Shown: in pieces, positions 12,959-25,759 of the stretch
Layout of the letters: every line of letters starts with the position of its first letter
How positions within the stretch are numbered: position 1 is the stretch's first letter
The notes under the pieces: generated by a model
What the model saw: only the letters and a program-made list of their open reading frames with translations
What the model was told of the DNA's origin: nothing
The model's database searches: none
Position numbers and translations under genes: made by a program
Assembly: GCF_006345805.1 (NCBI RefSeq)
Contig: NC_043012.1
Coordinates: 40,858,001 to 40,922,000, forward strand
Source: Octopus sinensis
Lineage: Eukaryota
DNA: 64,000 nucleotides
Direction: 5' to 3'

Positions 12959-13129
12959 GTAAGCAGATCTGAGATATTCTCTCTTTGAGTGTGTGTGTGT
13001 GTTTGTGTGTTTTCCCTTTGAACTACTCTAAGTAAACTTCTTCATGTTCCCCAATTAGCTAGAAATAGCAAATGATTCTTCCTCAAATCACCCTCTACTG
13101 CCTTAAACAAGGTGTCCATGCATGTGTGT

Positions 13130-13330
13130 GTTTGTTCCTCACCATTGTCTGACAACCGATGCTGGTGTGTTTACGTTCCTGTAGCTTAGCAGTTTGGCAA
13201 AAGAGACCGATAAAATTAGTACGAGGCTTAAAAAGAAAAAGTAAATCCTGGGATCGATTCATTTGATTAAAATCTCTTTGAGGCAGTGCCCCAGCATGGC
13301 CACAGTCTAATGACTGAAACAAGTAAAAGA
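13130..13330 (-). mobile_element. SINE family C; copies also at about 6300-6480, 51510-51690, 52170-52330, 54630-54790, 58700-58880
   Basis: Shared gtttcagtcatt(t)gactgcggccatgctggagcac...ctaagttacggggacgtaaac...caccggttgtc. Confidence 0.75.
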
Positions 13331-13407
13331 TAAATGATACAAAGGCATGAAATTGATCCTGGGGCAATGAAAGGCAAAGTCGACCTGGGGCTGTTTGTGT
13401 TAAAGTG

Positions 13408-13900
13408 ACACTGGGGTACAAATATATGAAGCCCAGTATACCCATCATGACTACCTGTCTGATAAGGGTACACCAGGTACATGCATCACAACCGAATGTG
13501 CGCGACATGGTGATCTCATATCAAGATAAACAGCACATGACCTTGCAGGTTGGGCCCAGTTAGAATTTTCTTCAGGTTGAGTAGCCCATCCCGCTCAAAA
13601 GGTCCCCGAATAAGGGTTCCTTAAGGATGTTGAATTATTCAAACCCCAAAGAATCCCTCTCAACACATGGCTATGATGCTCCCCCACTACTTCTGCTCGT
13701 GATCAGAGATGCACATATCGTCAGCCACTAAGGGACATGCTCAACTGGTTAAGGTCAAACAACTGACAACCAAATCTGTGGTATTGAGCAGAATATTTGC
13801 TGTAGCCCATCTTTTATACCAAGACGAAACAATGTACATGATAACACTTCCAATCAGTTAAGATCAGAAGCCATGAGAGCCACTGCCTGGTACCGCGCCA
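13408..13900 (+). mobile_element. Family E dispersed repeat, copy 2
   Basis: Near-identical to 29378-29866 (cacatgaccttgcaggt...gatcagagatgcacatatcgtcagccactaagggacatgctc). Confidence 0.8.
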
Positions 13901-14139
13901 GGGCAATGAAAGGCAAAGTTAACCTTGGTGTTGTTTGCTGTTGCATCACCATCTTTATTATTATTATTATTATTATTATCACTAATGTCATCAACACCAT
14001 TGCTATCATCGTCATCATCATCATCATCATCATTCACTTTGTTGTTTTTGTTGTCATCGTTGACACCGTCACTGACTTTACACCATCAGGAGTAACATGA
14101 ACACCGTCATCATAAATCACCAGCTTCACCATCGTTAAC

Positions 14140-14465
14140 TGTCATAACCACCACCACCACCACCACCACCACCACCACACCACCACCACCACCACCACCA
14201 CCATCATCACTATCACCTCTGCTGCCACCACCATAACCATGACCACCACCACTACCATCATCATCATTATCATCATCATCACTGCCACCACCACCACCAC
14301 CACCATCGATGCTGCCACTACTATCACCACTGCCGCAGCACTGCCACCATTCCACCACCACCTCCATCACCACCACCACCACCACCGCCGCCACCACCAC
14401 CACCACCACCACCACCGCCACCACCACCACCACCACCACCACCGCCACCACCACCACCACCACCA
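14140..14465. repeat. (CAC)n/(CAT)n microsatellite ending about 30 bp before exon E
   Basis: Read directly from the sequence. Confidence 0.95.
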
Positions 14466-14492
14466 TTATTATTTCATGCTATTTATTTCTAG

Positions 14493-14586
14493 GTTTGCTG
14501 GGATGAGAAATTCCAGGAATATTCTGAACTGGCTGAACTCTTTGGTTTCCAGAATCGGTCCCTGACTAGCAGCACTAAATATACAG
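14493..14586 (+). CDS. POMGNT1: POMGNT1-like exon E (VCWDEKFQEYSELAELFGFQNRSLTSSTKYT)
   Basis: Acceptor tttatttctag, donor gtaaac, 94 nt, phase 0 to 1. Corresponds to human VFIDGYYEEPMDVVALFG. Confidence 0.85.
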
Positions 14587-14864
14587 GTAAACATCTCACT
14601 GTGTCTCCTCTTGTTGTTGTGCTTTTATTTCTGTTGTTGTTGTTGTGTTCTGGGGCTGTTTGTGTTGAAACTGTTGCTGTTTGGGTTGCAGTTTGCTTGT
14701 GGTCGTTGCCCCGTCTTTTCTGAATCACCTTCTGGAGAAAGTTAACACCAGCCCCAGATGTGGTTTGAACACACAATGCTGAGGAGCCAATCTAAGTATG
14801 GGGAGATATTTAGCTGACTGTTCTACTGTTTCTGCTCTCTCATTGTCTTCATAATAATAATAAT

Positions 14865-14931
<67 letters not shown>

Positions 14932-15186
14932 TAATAATGATAATAATAATAATAATAATGATAATAATAATAATCCTTTCTACTAAAGGCACAAGGCCTG
15001 AAATTTTGGAGGAGGGGACTAGTTGATTACATCGACCCCAGTATTTGACTGGTACTTGATTTATCAACCCCGGAAAGATGAAAGGCAAAGTTGACCTCAA
15101 TGGAATTTGAACTCAGAACATGAAGACAGATGAAATGCTGCTTAGCCTCTCACTTAGCATGCTAATGATTCTACCAGCTTGCCACC

Positions 15187-15233
<47 letters not shown>

Positions 15234-16985
15234 CACTGAGTGCAAACGTCTGCCAAGGCAACACCAATGTCCTCTCAACAATTAGCTGGAGATGGTTTTT
15301 GAAATGAGAATGTCTGAAATAAACTCGACTGCTCTCACAAACAAGAATACTAAAAGTGAACCAGACCGCTCTCAAAAATTAAGTAAAAAAACTGGAAAAA
15401 TAACCCAGTCTCATGGTTCATTATCTTGATTCTTATGAGGAATACTCGGCCATGACAAGTAGTTTATTTTATTGACACAAAAATTAACCTCATCAAGATT
15501 TGAACTCAAAATGTAAAGGTCTGTATGTAGGTACTCTAGGTATTTATTGACATAGCTGTAACCATTCTACCAAACCACCAAGTACTAGTTTCCTATTTTA
15601 TCACCCCCCCCCAGAAGGATAGAGAAATTCAAAGTTAACCCCAGTGTGATTTGAACTCATGACTCAACTGATTGTGCTATAACTGGCTGTCATTATAACA
15701 ACAGTCTTAAATTAATTAGAACAACACCAATAAAATATATAATTACCCTCCAAAGACATAATGCAGCACTAACATATAATTAAAGAGCCAACCAGTGTGA
15801 TGGTATGTGGGTCATATCTAATGGATTTGGAATCTCTTGGCAATAAAAGCTGCAATTAGGAACGGTAAAAGATGTATAAACTCACTTTAACCAGTTAGCA
15901 TTTAAACTGGCCGTATGTCACTCAAATATTACTTTCAAATTATGGCACAAGGCCTGAAATTTTGGAGGATGGGGATTAGTTGATTATATCAACCCCATTG
16001 CTCAACTGGTATTTTATTTTATTGACCCCTGAAAGGATGAAGGGCAAAGTTGATCCTGGAGGAATTTGAACTCAGGATGTAAAGACGGACGAATTGCCGC
16101 TAAGCATTTTGCCCAACAGGCTAACAGTTCTGCCTGTTCACCGCCTTAAGCTCAAATACTCTACTTGTTTTACATTCAAACATGCCAGATCCAGCCTTTT
16201 ACACCTACCCTACAATGTCATTCTAAAAATAAACAATCACATCATAGAAATCTTAAACTATGAGATAAAGCTGGATTAATTGAAAAGATGTGGGTTGAAG
16301 TAACTGAAATTATTGTGTTGTGACAGTCTTGTTAGCTTTTTGTTATTTTTTTGAAATACATATCTTTAATTTACTTGCTAAAAGCAAAGCAATATATATA
16401 TAAATGGAATAAAAACGCAATAGAGGGCATTAAAACGTTCGGACATATAGATGACATGAAGGCGGACAAGAGAAACAACAATTAGGACAGGCCAAAAAGA
16501 TGGGTCGTTCTTGGCTTTCTTTCTTCAGTCAAGTACCAGAAGTCATAACCATTTCGGACAGTTACACTTGAGATGGTTCAATCTGGTTGTCCCCAAAATA
16601 ATCTAAGCTAAGAGCATTAGACCCCTTTGTAAGAAAGCTAGTGAATGTTTGTGGCAACAAAAACAAAACAAAGAAACAAACAAAAAAAAAACAGAGAACA
16701 TGGTACAGAATTACGAATACAAACAACAAGAAATAACAACAGGCATCTTTCGACTGAAAATGATTCAAATTGAGCAGGTGTGTAAGGAGTGAAAGTCTAA
16801 GGCAGGTATATATATATCTGTATATTTATATATATATATTATATATATATATATATTATATTAAATTAGAGATAAAACCACTATTAGGCAATCATACAAT
16901 GAAAAATTAAGCCAATACATAAGATTAATTAATTTATATTATTTAAATATATATCAAAATTATTAAAAAAGATAATTAATATAAC

Positions 16986-17050
16986 ACTACAATCGTTTCA
17001 TGGCTATTCAATTCTTAAAATTTTCAAGTTACAGTCATTCCTCAGGTGGT
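16986..17050 (-). ncRNA. Type I hammerhead ribozyme-like motif with a long helix II loop
   Basis: Minus strand: ACCAC CTGAGGA ATGACT [27 nt] AGCCAT GAA ACGAT T GTAGT. Helix I is 4/5 paired and helix II 5/6. It lies in an AT-rich insert between (TA)n tracts. Confidence 0.55.
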
Positions 17051-17419
17051 TTACATATCTAAAATATAATCAATATTTTTAAGATATAAATAATATATAT
17101 AATATAATAATTTTACTTATAATAAACTCTATTATCAAATATGATTATATCCAAATCGACTATAATGTTAAATATTGATTTTAATTTATAAGGTAGGAAA
17201 CCCATAATCTAATATCAATATTAGTCTATATCTAACTACATAAATATTTAAAATGACTAATATATATAAATTATCAATGAAAATATATATATAAATATTA
17301 TAATCAAGATCTAAAATAATCTCTATAAATAATTGTATATAATAAAAACCTAATAAATTTAATTTTCCATATATATATATATATATATATATGTGTGTAT
17401 ATGTATGTATGTATGCACA

Positions 17420-17625
17420 TAAGGAATGCTTATGAATGAAGACTGTTGCATCAAGAAGTGCCAATCTCTAATTGTAGAGGGAACATGTGGAAGGAGTAGA
17501 CCCAAGAAGATGTGGGATGAAGTGGTGAGAAAGGCTCTACAGACATTGGGACTCACAGAAGGGGTGACAGGGGACCGAGGCTCCTGGCAGTTTGTTGTGC
17601 TTGAAAAGACCTGTCAAGCTAATCA
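17420..17625 (+). mobile_element. RTE LINE C-terminal remnant
   Basis: EGTCGRSRPKKMWDEVVRKAL...DRGSW is the typical RTE G.RGRP...W...DR..W terminus. Confidence 0.7.
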
Positions 17626-18649
17626 AAAGCTTTGTTGCCCTTGCATACAGGCTTGTCCCTTGCAACCTTCTCCAGCTGAGCATCCCTAATCTTGTGGGCT
17701 TCTAAGTGCTGGTCCCACACAAGAACCATCTGTGCCAGTGCTGCATAAAAGCACCCAGGACACTCTGTAAAGCGGTTGGTGTTAGGAAGGGCATCCAGCT
17801 GTAGGGATCATGCCAAAACAGCCTGAACAGCCCTTTGGCTGGTCATTTCTTGTCAAACTGTCCAACCCATGCCAGCATGGAGAATGGATGTTAAATGATG
17901 ATGATGATGAATAAAGTACTGAAATTAGAGTACAATGGAATGGAGTCTGGTAGAGTACATTGGCAGAAGTTACCATATTTAGTGGCATACAAGCTGAATT
18001 GTTCAGACCAAAATTTACTGCTAAAAAGGAAAAGTAGGTCAACTTCTACATGAAGACAAATTTGAAGGACCAAAAATTCCATGTGAAATGCAGCAGGATT
18101 TTGAAGGAAAATGACAGAGTTGGAATATTTCCACCACATGTTTACATTAAATGGTGGTGCCCCAGCATGGCCACAGCTCATAAGCTGAAACTAGAATCAA
18201 TCAATCAATCAATCATTATATTGAGTTGTGTGCCAAAAAATATGGTAGAATGGAACTGAGCCTATTCTGGCAAAAGTTATACAGATTTTGGTAAGTTTGT
18301 ATGTTGTGAGGAATCGGATGTTTTGAGACTGAGTCTTTGTCTGGGAGGGAAGAATGACTGATGTGGGACCAAGCAGATGGCAGCAAATTCACAGATCATT
18401 CAAGTGTTGGTTAGAATGTGTGATGGTAATCTGAGTTCGAATTTCACCAAAGTCACTTTTGTCTTTCATCCTTTCAAGATTGAAAAATAAGTGGCAATCC
18501 AGTGTAATGGATTGGCAAAGCTGTCAGAGGGTCAGATAAAGTGCCTTGTGGTATTTTCTCTGCCTATGTCTTTGACAACACTGGCGCCAAGCTGCATTGG
18601 TGCCAGCTGGTAGCTGTTTCTTTGGATAAACATCATTAGTTTGGAGAAC

Positions 18650-18970
18650 GAAGATATGTAGCTTAATGGTTAGGGTATTCCACTCATGATTGTAAAAGTC
18701 ACGAGTTCGATTCCTGGCAGTGCACTGTGTCCTTGAGCAAGACTCTTTATTTCACATTGCTTCAGTTCATCCAGCTGGCAAAAATGAGTTGTACTTGTAT
18801 TTCAAAGGGGCACACCCGTCACATTCTGTGTCATGCTGAATTGCCTTGAGAACTAAGTTAAGGGTACACGTGTCTGTGGAGTACTCAGCCACTTGCACAT
18901 TAATTTCATGAGCATGCTGTACTGTTGATTGGATCAGCTGGGACCCTTGTCATAACCGATGGAGCATCAG
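18650..18970 (+). mobile_element. tRNA-derived SINE family D; body copy also at 39640-39895 +, head only at 35737-35825 +
   Basis: gagttcgattcc B box plus the body agggtacacgtgtctgtggagt(a/g)ctcagccactt shared with 60500-60884. Confidence 0.7.
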
Positions 18971-19773
18971 TTAATAAAGAACTGGAACAAACAATAAGTA
19001 TTTGCCTGATGCTCAAAGACCTCTGCCAACCCACTGGTTTGGCTTTTGTTTTGAAAACTCTTAACACGAGTGGTTTGCAGTTGGGTTAGCATCATCACAC
19101 CAACCAAGGGGTTGCAAGCAAAAGGCTTTTGTATAAATAACAGTTGTTATTATTTAGCCCTAGGGAGGTGGGGGAGATGGCAGAGTCGTTGCTATGCCAG
19201 GCAAAGTGCTTAGCTGCATTTCGTCCATCTAAGTTCTGAGTACAAATTCCACCAACATCGACTTTACCGTTCTTCCTCTCGAGGTCGATAAAAATAAGTA
19301 CCAGTTGAGTACTGGGGTTGATGTAATCGACTCTTCTCCTTCCCCCAAAATTTCAGGCCCTGTGCTTATAGTAAAAAGGATTATTTGGCCTCAGGTCAGT
19401 CCTGGCCAAGCAGGCCTATGGTCAAAGATATTCCAAAATAAATACTCTCTCATAATTTTCTTTCTTGTTTTACTGACATAGTGTATCGAGGACTACATTG
19501 TCCAGTGTGTACTTCTGTTTTTCAGATGGCAGGATTTGATTTAAGGGAAATTTAGCTGGTATTTCTAGTAGACTTAGAACCACATAGTGTTTTCCTGTCT
19601 ATCTGGCTCTCTCTAACCCTGTCTGTCTGTTTGTCCATAACCCTGTCCATCTATCTTTTTGTCCGTCCGTCTGTCTGTGTGCCTGCCTGTCTGCTTGTTT
19701 ATCTGTTTACCTTCATTTATTTTTTATGTGTACATATTAATATTTGTTTCCGTATTTATTCATATCACTTCAG

Positions 19774-19823
19774 ATGTTATGATGAAAGCCATTGATATGG
19801 CCTGGAATGTATTCCCAGACAGC
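19774..19823 (+). CDS. POMGNT1: POMGNT1-like exon F (DVMMKAIDMAWNVFPDS)
   Basis: Acceptor catatcacttcag, donor gtaagt, 50 nt, phase 1 to 0. Corresponds to human HYKASLTATFNLFPEA, just before the EED (DXD) motif exon. Confidence 0.82.
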
Positions 19824-20029
19824 GTAAGTAATTGTTGTTGCTGTTCTTGCTGTTGATCTGATAAAAAAAAAACCCCCAGAAAAATCCCCAGCGTTTCATT
19901 ATGTTTTTCTTGTAACCCAATCCATCAGATATTTGTGTATACACTGCATATATCAGTATTTTATATACTAAAATATACATATACTGTGTCATATATATCA
20001 TTATATGTATTTTATATAATACGTTTATG

Positions 20030-20370
20030 AAGGCACATGGCTCAGTGGTGAGAGTGTCAGGTTCACAATCATGAATTAGTGAGTTCGATTCCCAGACCAG
20101 GCTATGTGTTGTGTTCTTGAACAAGAATCTTTATTTCACGTTGCTCCAGTTCACTCAGCTGTAGAAATGAATTGCAACATCACTGGTGACAAGCTGTATC
20201 AGCCCCTTTGCCTTTCCCTTGGATAACATCAGTGGTGTGGAGAGGAGAGGCTGGTAGGCATGGGCGACTGCTGGTCTTCCATAAACAACCTTGCCCAGAC
20301 TTGTGGCCGCAGAAGGGTACTTTCTAGGTGCAATCCCATGGTCAGTCATGACCGAAGGAGGTCTTTATAT
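20030..20370 (+). mobile_element. tRNA-derived SINE (family F); truncated copy at 56347-56460
   Basis: A box tggctcagtggt and B box gagttcgattccc. Confidence 0.75.
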
Positions 20371-21289
20371 CGGGGCTGTGGAGTCGGAAGCAATTAAGGG
20401 GTAGCTTAATTACTACTTGTGAACTACCAAACAGATTCTCTCCCGTTCCAACTCCACCACAATTACTCTTATCCACTCATATATAGCGCAGAGTAGTTAT
20501 GTGTCTGTGTCTTCTATGCGACAAACCTGTTCCTCTATCATATGTTCAATTATCAACACCTAGCATAAAGGCACTGCCCTTTATTTTATTATACTTCCAC
20601 TCAGTCCAGGAGGCTTTTTAGTCTTGTGAGTCACATGGTGACCTCACTGGTGCTGGTGCCATGTAAAATGCACATAGTGCATTCTGTAAAGTGGTTGGTT
20701 TTAGGAAGAGCATCCAGCTGTAGCAATATTGTCAAAGTAGGCATAGGAACTTGGTGCAATCCTCCATTTATTTGCATCCTGCCAAGCCAAGCCATCCAAC
20801 CATTGCTGGCATGGACATTAAATGATGATAGTGCAAGAGGCTCTGTGACTATAAAAGCATTTGGTTCCTTTAATTTACTTCTTCACACTCCACTGATGTA
20901 TACTGTAGATCGAATGAAACCTTGGTATGGACATGTAATCCAGTTTCCATATGAGAAATATTTGAGACTGAAAAAAAAAAAAAAATTGGAGCATATCTGT
21001 TGATCTCTGTGAGATTGTTGACCTTTTCTTTCTGGTGGCACAGAAACCCAGAATAAGTGATTCTGGGATTAATATCTTGTCGATATTTTGAATAAAATTC
21101 TCTTATCCTCACATGTTCTATAAAACCACAACAAGTCTTCTTTCCCATTAAACGAAATCTGACATTTTGATTAAGTGCCCAACACATGACTACTAAAGTT
21201 CATTATGTTGAGGTGGGATGGAAAGGGATGGGTGGGGCGGAAGGGATGACTTTCATTGCATGACATCCTTCTTGATCCCTCCAGCAATA

Positions 21290-21378
21290 TATATACTATA
21301 TATATATATATATATATATAAACTTATATATATGTATACATATATACTTATATATATGTAATATATTATATATATATA

Positions 21379-21413
<35 letters not shown>

Positions 21414-21573
21414 TTATATATATGTATACATATATACTTATATATACTTATATATATGTATACATATATACTTATATATATGTATATATATGTATACATA
21501 TATACTTATATATATGTGTATATATTGTATACATATATACTTATATATATGTATATATATGTATATATATATA

Positions 21574-21624
<51 letters not shown>

Positions 21625-22035
21625 CCTGTTGATTCGTTAGCTACTGCACGCATTTTTTTCTCTCCTTTCTGTGTTTTTCTCTCTCTGTGTATCTTTCTGT
21701 TGAAGAGCGTAGGCTCGAAACGTTTAAAGACTTGTTTTATTTATATTCCTGAGCGCCATACTAATACAATTGTTCGTTCGTTTTCCACCTGCCTTCGTCT
21801 TTTGTTTATCTTCATAAAGCTTCCTGTTATATATATATATATATAAGTATATATATATATAAGTAGATATATATATACTGATATATATATATATATATAT
21901 ATATATAAGTATATATATATACTGATATATATATATATATATAAGTATATATATATATATATATAATAAGTATATATATATATATATAGGAGATATATAT
22001 AGATATATATATAAGTATATATATATATATATAAG

Positions 22036-22066
<31 letters not shown>

Positions 22067-22280
22067 TATATAAGTATATATTATATTATATATATATATA
22101 TAAGTATATATATATAATATATATATATATAAAGTATAGATATCTATATATATAAGTATATATATATATATAAGTATTATATATATATATATAAGTATAT
22201 ATATATATATATATAAGTATAATATATATATAAGTATATATATATATATAAGTATATATATATATATATATATATATGTC
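21290..22280. repeat. Compound (TA)n array interrupted by a 207-bp insert (about 21622-21828)
   Basis: Read directly from the sequence. Confidence 0.9.
21692..21730 (+). ncRNA. Hammerhead-like motif, core variant CUGUUGA plus an extra A
   Basis: TCTTT CTGTTGA A GAGC-GTAG-GCTC GAA ACGT TT AAAGA: helix I 5 bp, helix II 4 bp, palindromic helix III, one surplus nt at the cleavage site. Confidence 0.45.
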
Positions 22281-23091
22281 TGTGTGTATACACATGCACT
22301 CATCTGTGTATGTATATGCAAAAATACCTCACACTACTATGGAAGAAGCAAACCAACGAATCTTGTAGCTTTTAAGTTATTTCCATAAAAAAAAAAAAAA
22401 TTCGATGATAGGGAAGTGAGGGAATGGAATTGGTCGGAAAAGTAATGGGAATAGATATTTTGCTGAAATCTTAAAAAAAATTTTTATTTTTTCATTTCTA
22501 AGGAGTTTTTCATGGAGACATTTAAAAAAAAAAAATTCATATTTTGTTTTTTTTTGTTTTTTTTTGCATATGTTACATATATTTATATATATTGATTTTT
22601 GTTGTTTGTTTTTTACTATTTTATTATTATTATTATTGTTTTTTTTCCTATACTGCCTTGTTTTTTTTTTTGTTATAAGCCTTAAAGTATTTCAGTTAGT
22701 CCTCCAGGAAACTCTTTAAAATTACATTCTGTGATAATGTAAAGAAGGAAGGTATTGGTGGCGGAGGGGGTGATAGTTGGGGTGGGGTGGAAGGTGGCGG
22801 TGGTGGTGAAGCAAAGAAAAGTATTAGAAAATGTACAATGAACTAAAATGTGTTATAAATACAATGTGTGTGTTTGTGTGTGTGTATGTATGTGTGTATA
22901 TATCTCTCTATAAATAGGCACACATAATTACAAGCATAAAACATATAAACGCAGTTATTTGCATATAAATGTGTATAGCTTTGTATATGTGTATGCATAT
23001 ATATATGTTTGCGTATGGATATATATATATATATTTATATATGTGCATGTGCGTGTATGTGTGTGTATATATATATATATATGGACATATA

Positions 23092-23122
<31 letters not shown>

Positions 23123-23213
23123 GGACATATATTCGTGTGTGTATATATACAGATATATTTGCACACATACATCTATGTATATAAACTTGAATGCACACAC
23201 ACATGCCTATGTA

Positions 23214-23586
23214 TCTCTCTATATATAAACGGCAGTTTGTCTGTGTGTGTTTCTGTGTGTCTGTTAGGTTGTACCCTCACCCTGACCACGGCTTTCAACC
23301 GATTCTGATGAAACTTGACACACACATAGCCCAATGTCATAATTCAAAACTAACACAGCGAAAATTTTGAAAAGTTCCCCCAGTTCTGAAAAAAATCGAT
23401 AAATTCGACATGGGGTCGAGAATCAGAAACACAAACCACAGACTGTCTAGGGGACGCAACTCGACCATTTTAACTAAAAAAAAAAATTTACCATAATTTT
23501 TTTTCCATTTTTTGGCTATAACTCTCTAAAAATGCTTTATAGTTATTTCCCTTACAAACCTGAGCAATGCCGGGCGATACTGCTAG
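23214..23586 (+). mobile_element. Non-autonomous Helitron-like element
   Basis: Begins A|TC(TCTCTATATATAAA) and ends CTAG|T, with a subterminal GC-rich hairpin-like cctgagcaatgccgggc. Confidence 0.7.
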
Positions 23587-23869
23587 TGGATGTATAAATC
23601 TTTGTTGGCGAGTGTGTATATCTATCTATCTATCTTATATATTCATATATTTGTGTGTGTGTGTGTGCCTATGTAAAGCTTCTGTGGGTGCACAGGTAAT
23701 GAGCTACAGTTAGTGTTAAAATTCCTAATGAGAGAGAATTTCTCTTTTATTAGTAGCAAAAATCTGATGAAATTCTTCAAAAATGTTTTAAAAATTTGTT
23801 AGGTATGGTGGTAAGTGAAGGTGATTGATAGAAAGATATATCTATCTAGGGTGGGTAAAATTTCCTAGA

Positions 23870-24600
23870 TCCATGGATGAGTTCTCACCAGCAGTTTTTG
23901 TTCCTCATCACCACTGCCAGTGGCGGACTGGGTCTAAAAGTATTGGTTGCCAGGAGACTAAAGGGGCCCACCCACAACTACAATGCTATCATTTAATTGT
24001 ATTTTTTTTAAACGGTCGACAAACACTGCCAGGCTGAAGTAATTAATGCATTCTTCCAGGAATGAATAAAAAATTTTCAAACTTGAGGGGATTAGCCCCT
24101 TAAATAATAACATGGGCCCCCATGTATGGATTCTAATGGTGCAGGGTCCCATCTGTCATCGGGCAAGCTGGCAACCTGGCCAGTCCATCACTGACCACTG
24201 TCATGTCCTGTGTCTGCCAGGGACCAGTGTCTGTCCTTAGGGCATCAACATATGTCATCCTCGGTCTCCCTCTTCTAATGTATCTGTGTAGGGGCTCCCA
24301 CAGGAACACTGAGTGCAGTGTCAACTCTAAATGGCAGTGGGCATGTCCAGCTAATCTCGGTCTCCTCTGTGTTATTTTTGAGCTAAATTTTGGGAGGCTC
24401 TTGTAGTGCTCTGAGTTCTTCGTCCTCAGTGTGTACTGATTAATGTTCAGAGCCATCCTCAGCATTCTCGTGTCGCACCCATCCACCATCTGAGTGGGTT
24501 TCTTGGTCAGTGTCCAAGTCTCAGACCCATACAACGGCACAGACTCTACTGCAGCAACGAAAAGATGGATCTTCAGGTCTTTATGAAGTTCCAACATATA
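23870..24600 (-). mobile_element. RTE LINE 3' remnant interrupted by a hAT MITE
   Basis: AVESVPLYGSETWTLTKK...TRMLRMALNI...RLAGH...RGRPRMTYVDALRTDTG; the reading continues as VVMRNKNCW beyond the MITE. Confidence 0.85.
23918..24193. mobile_element. hAT-type MITE (276 bp)
   Basis: 14-bp TIRs CAGTGGCGGACTGG / CCAGTCCATCACTG; 8-bp TSD ACCACTGC / ACCACTGT. Confidence 0.75.
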
Positions 24601-24623
24601 GCGATAGATAGATAGATAAATAG

Positions 24624-24681
<58 letters not shown>

Positions 24682-25069
24682 AAGAGAGAGATTAAATCTA
24701 TTGAAATTGGATTAACCAAGGATTCTTGTCTTGAAATAAGACTACCCAGGTATTATTCTCTTGAAATAGGGCTGAGCAGGGTTTAAATCTGATTCTTAAC
24801 CATTTTTTGCCTATGGATTTCTTTGGATTTCTACCTTACCCTACTTTACTTCCATAGCCATTTGATGTTTAAAAAAAGCCTAATTTTGTAAAAAATATTA
24901 GTAGGAAATGTACAGGTGGCCCATAAATCCCTACCCATCCATATGTTGTTGTTATTCGATACTGGAGCCTGGTGCAGCCTCCTGGCTTCCCAGACCCCGG
25001 TCGAACTGTCCAACCCATGCTAGCATGGAAAATAGACGTTAAATGATGATGTTGATGATGATACAGTTC

Positions 25070-25530
25070 CTTCTAATGCATGTCATGTTATTGGACCATA
25101 CTTATTTGAGGGGCCAGGAAGCCATACCTCATATCTAAACATGTTACAACAATGGTTTATACCGAAACTCGATGACTTTGGAATCAGAGAGGAGATTTGG
25201 TTTCAACAAGACAACTCCAGCTACTTATGCCTTCACTGTGTGAGACATTCTTCTAGACAAATGGATAGGTCATGATTCAGTAATGTCCCTGGCGCCCATG
25301 AAATGGCCTGCACAAAGTCTGGACTTGACAACATGTGATAAATTTCTTTGAGGATACATAAAGGATGTTGTGTCCAAACAACATTGTAATTCCAATGAGG
25401 AACTGAAGGCAGCTGTTACTGCGGCATTTGGAACAATAACCCCTGCTATGTTGAGGGAAATGTCTCATAGAATATGATGTTGCATATATTATGCAGCAAG
25501 AATGAGGGGCAGCACACAGATACACTGGAC
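25070..25530 (+). mobile_element. Tc1/mariner-superfamily transposase remnant
   Basis: Frameshifted IGPYLFEG...WFQQD...WIG...WPAQSLDLTTCDKFL*GYIK, matching the WFQQDGA / WPPRSPDL...LWGY.K motifs. Confidence 0.8.
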
Positions 25531-25759
25531 ACAGAAGATATATGAATGGCTAGGGACTTAAGGCTGTTTAAAATATTCTGTCTATTGTTGAAATACAACC
25601 AGTTTATTGTATATAAATTCCTGCAACAAAGTCGTATGTGTCCTCCCTCCCAAGGATCATATGAACCTTTGGGGCCATATGGATCCCTAAGGGTTATATG
25701 GAGCCTGGTTGAGAACTATTAGTTTAAGTCTATTAAATGTATTATTTGCCTTTTTTGTT

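Noticed and set aside
20030-20110. tRNA-like sequences at SINE heads (also 35737, 56347, 60800)
   Set aside because: They continue into SINE bodies and lack a full cloverleaf, so they are not tRNA genes.
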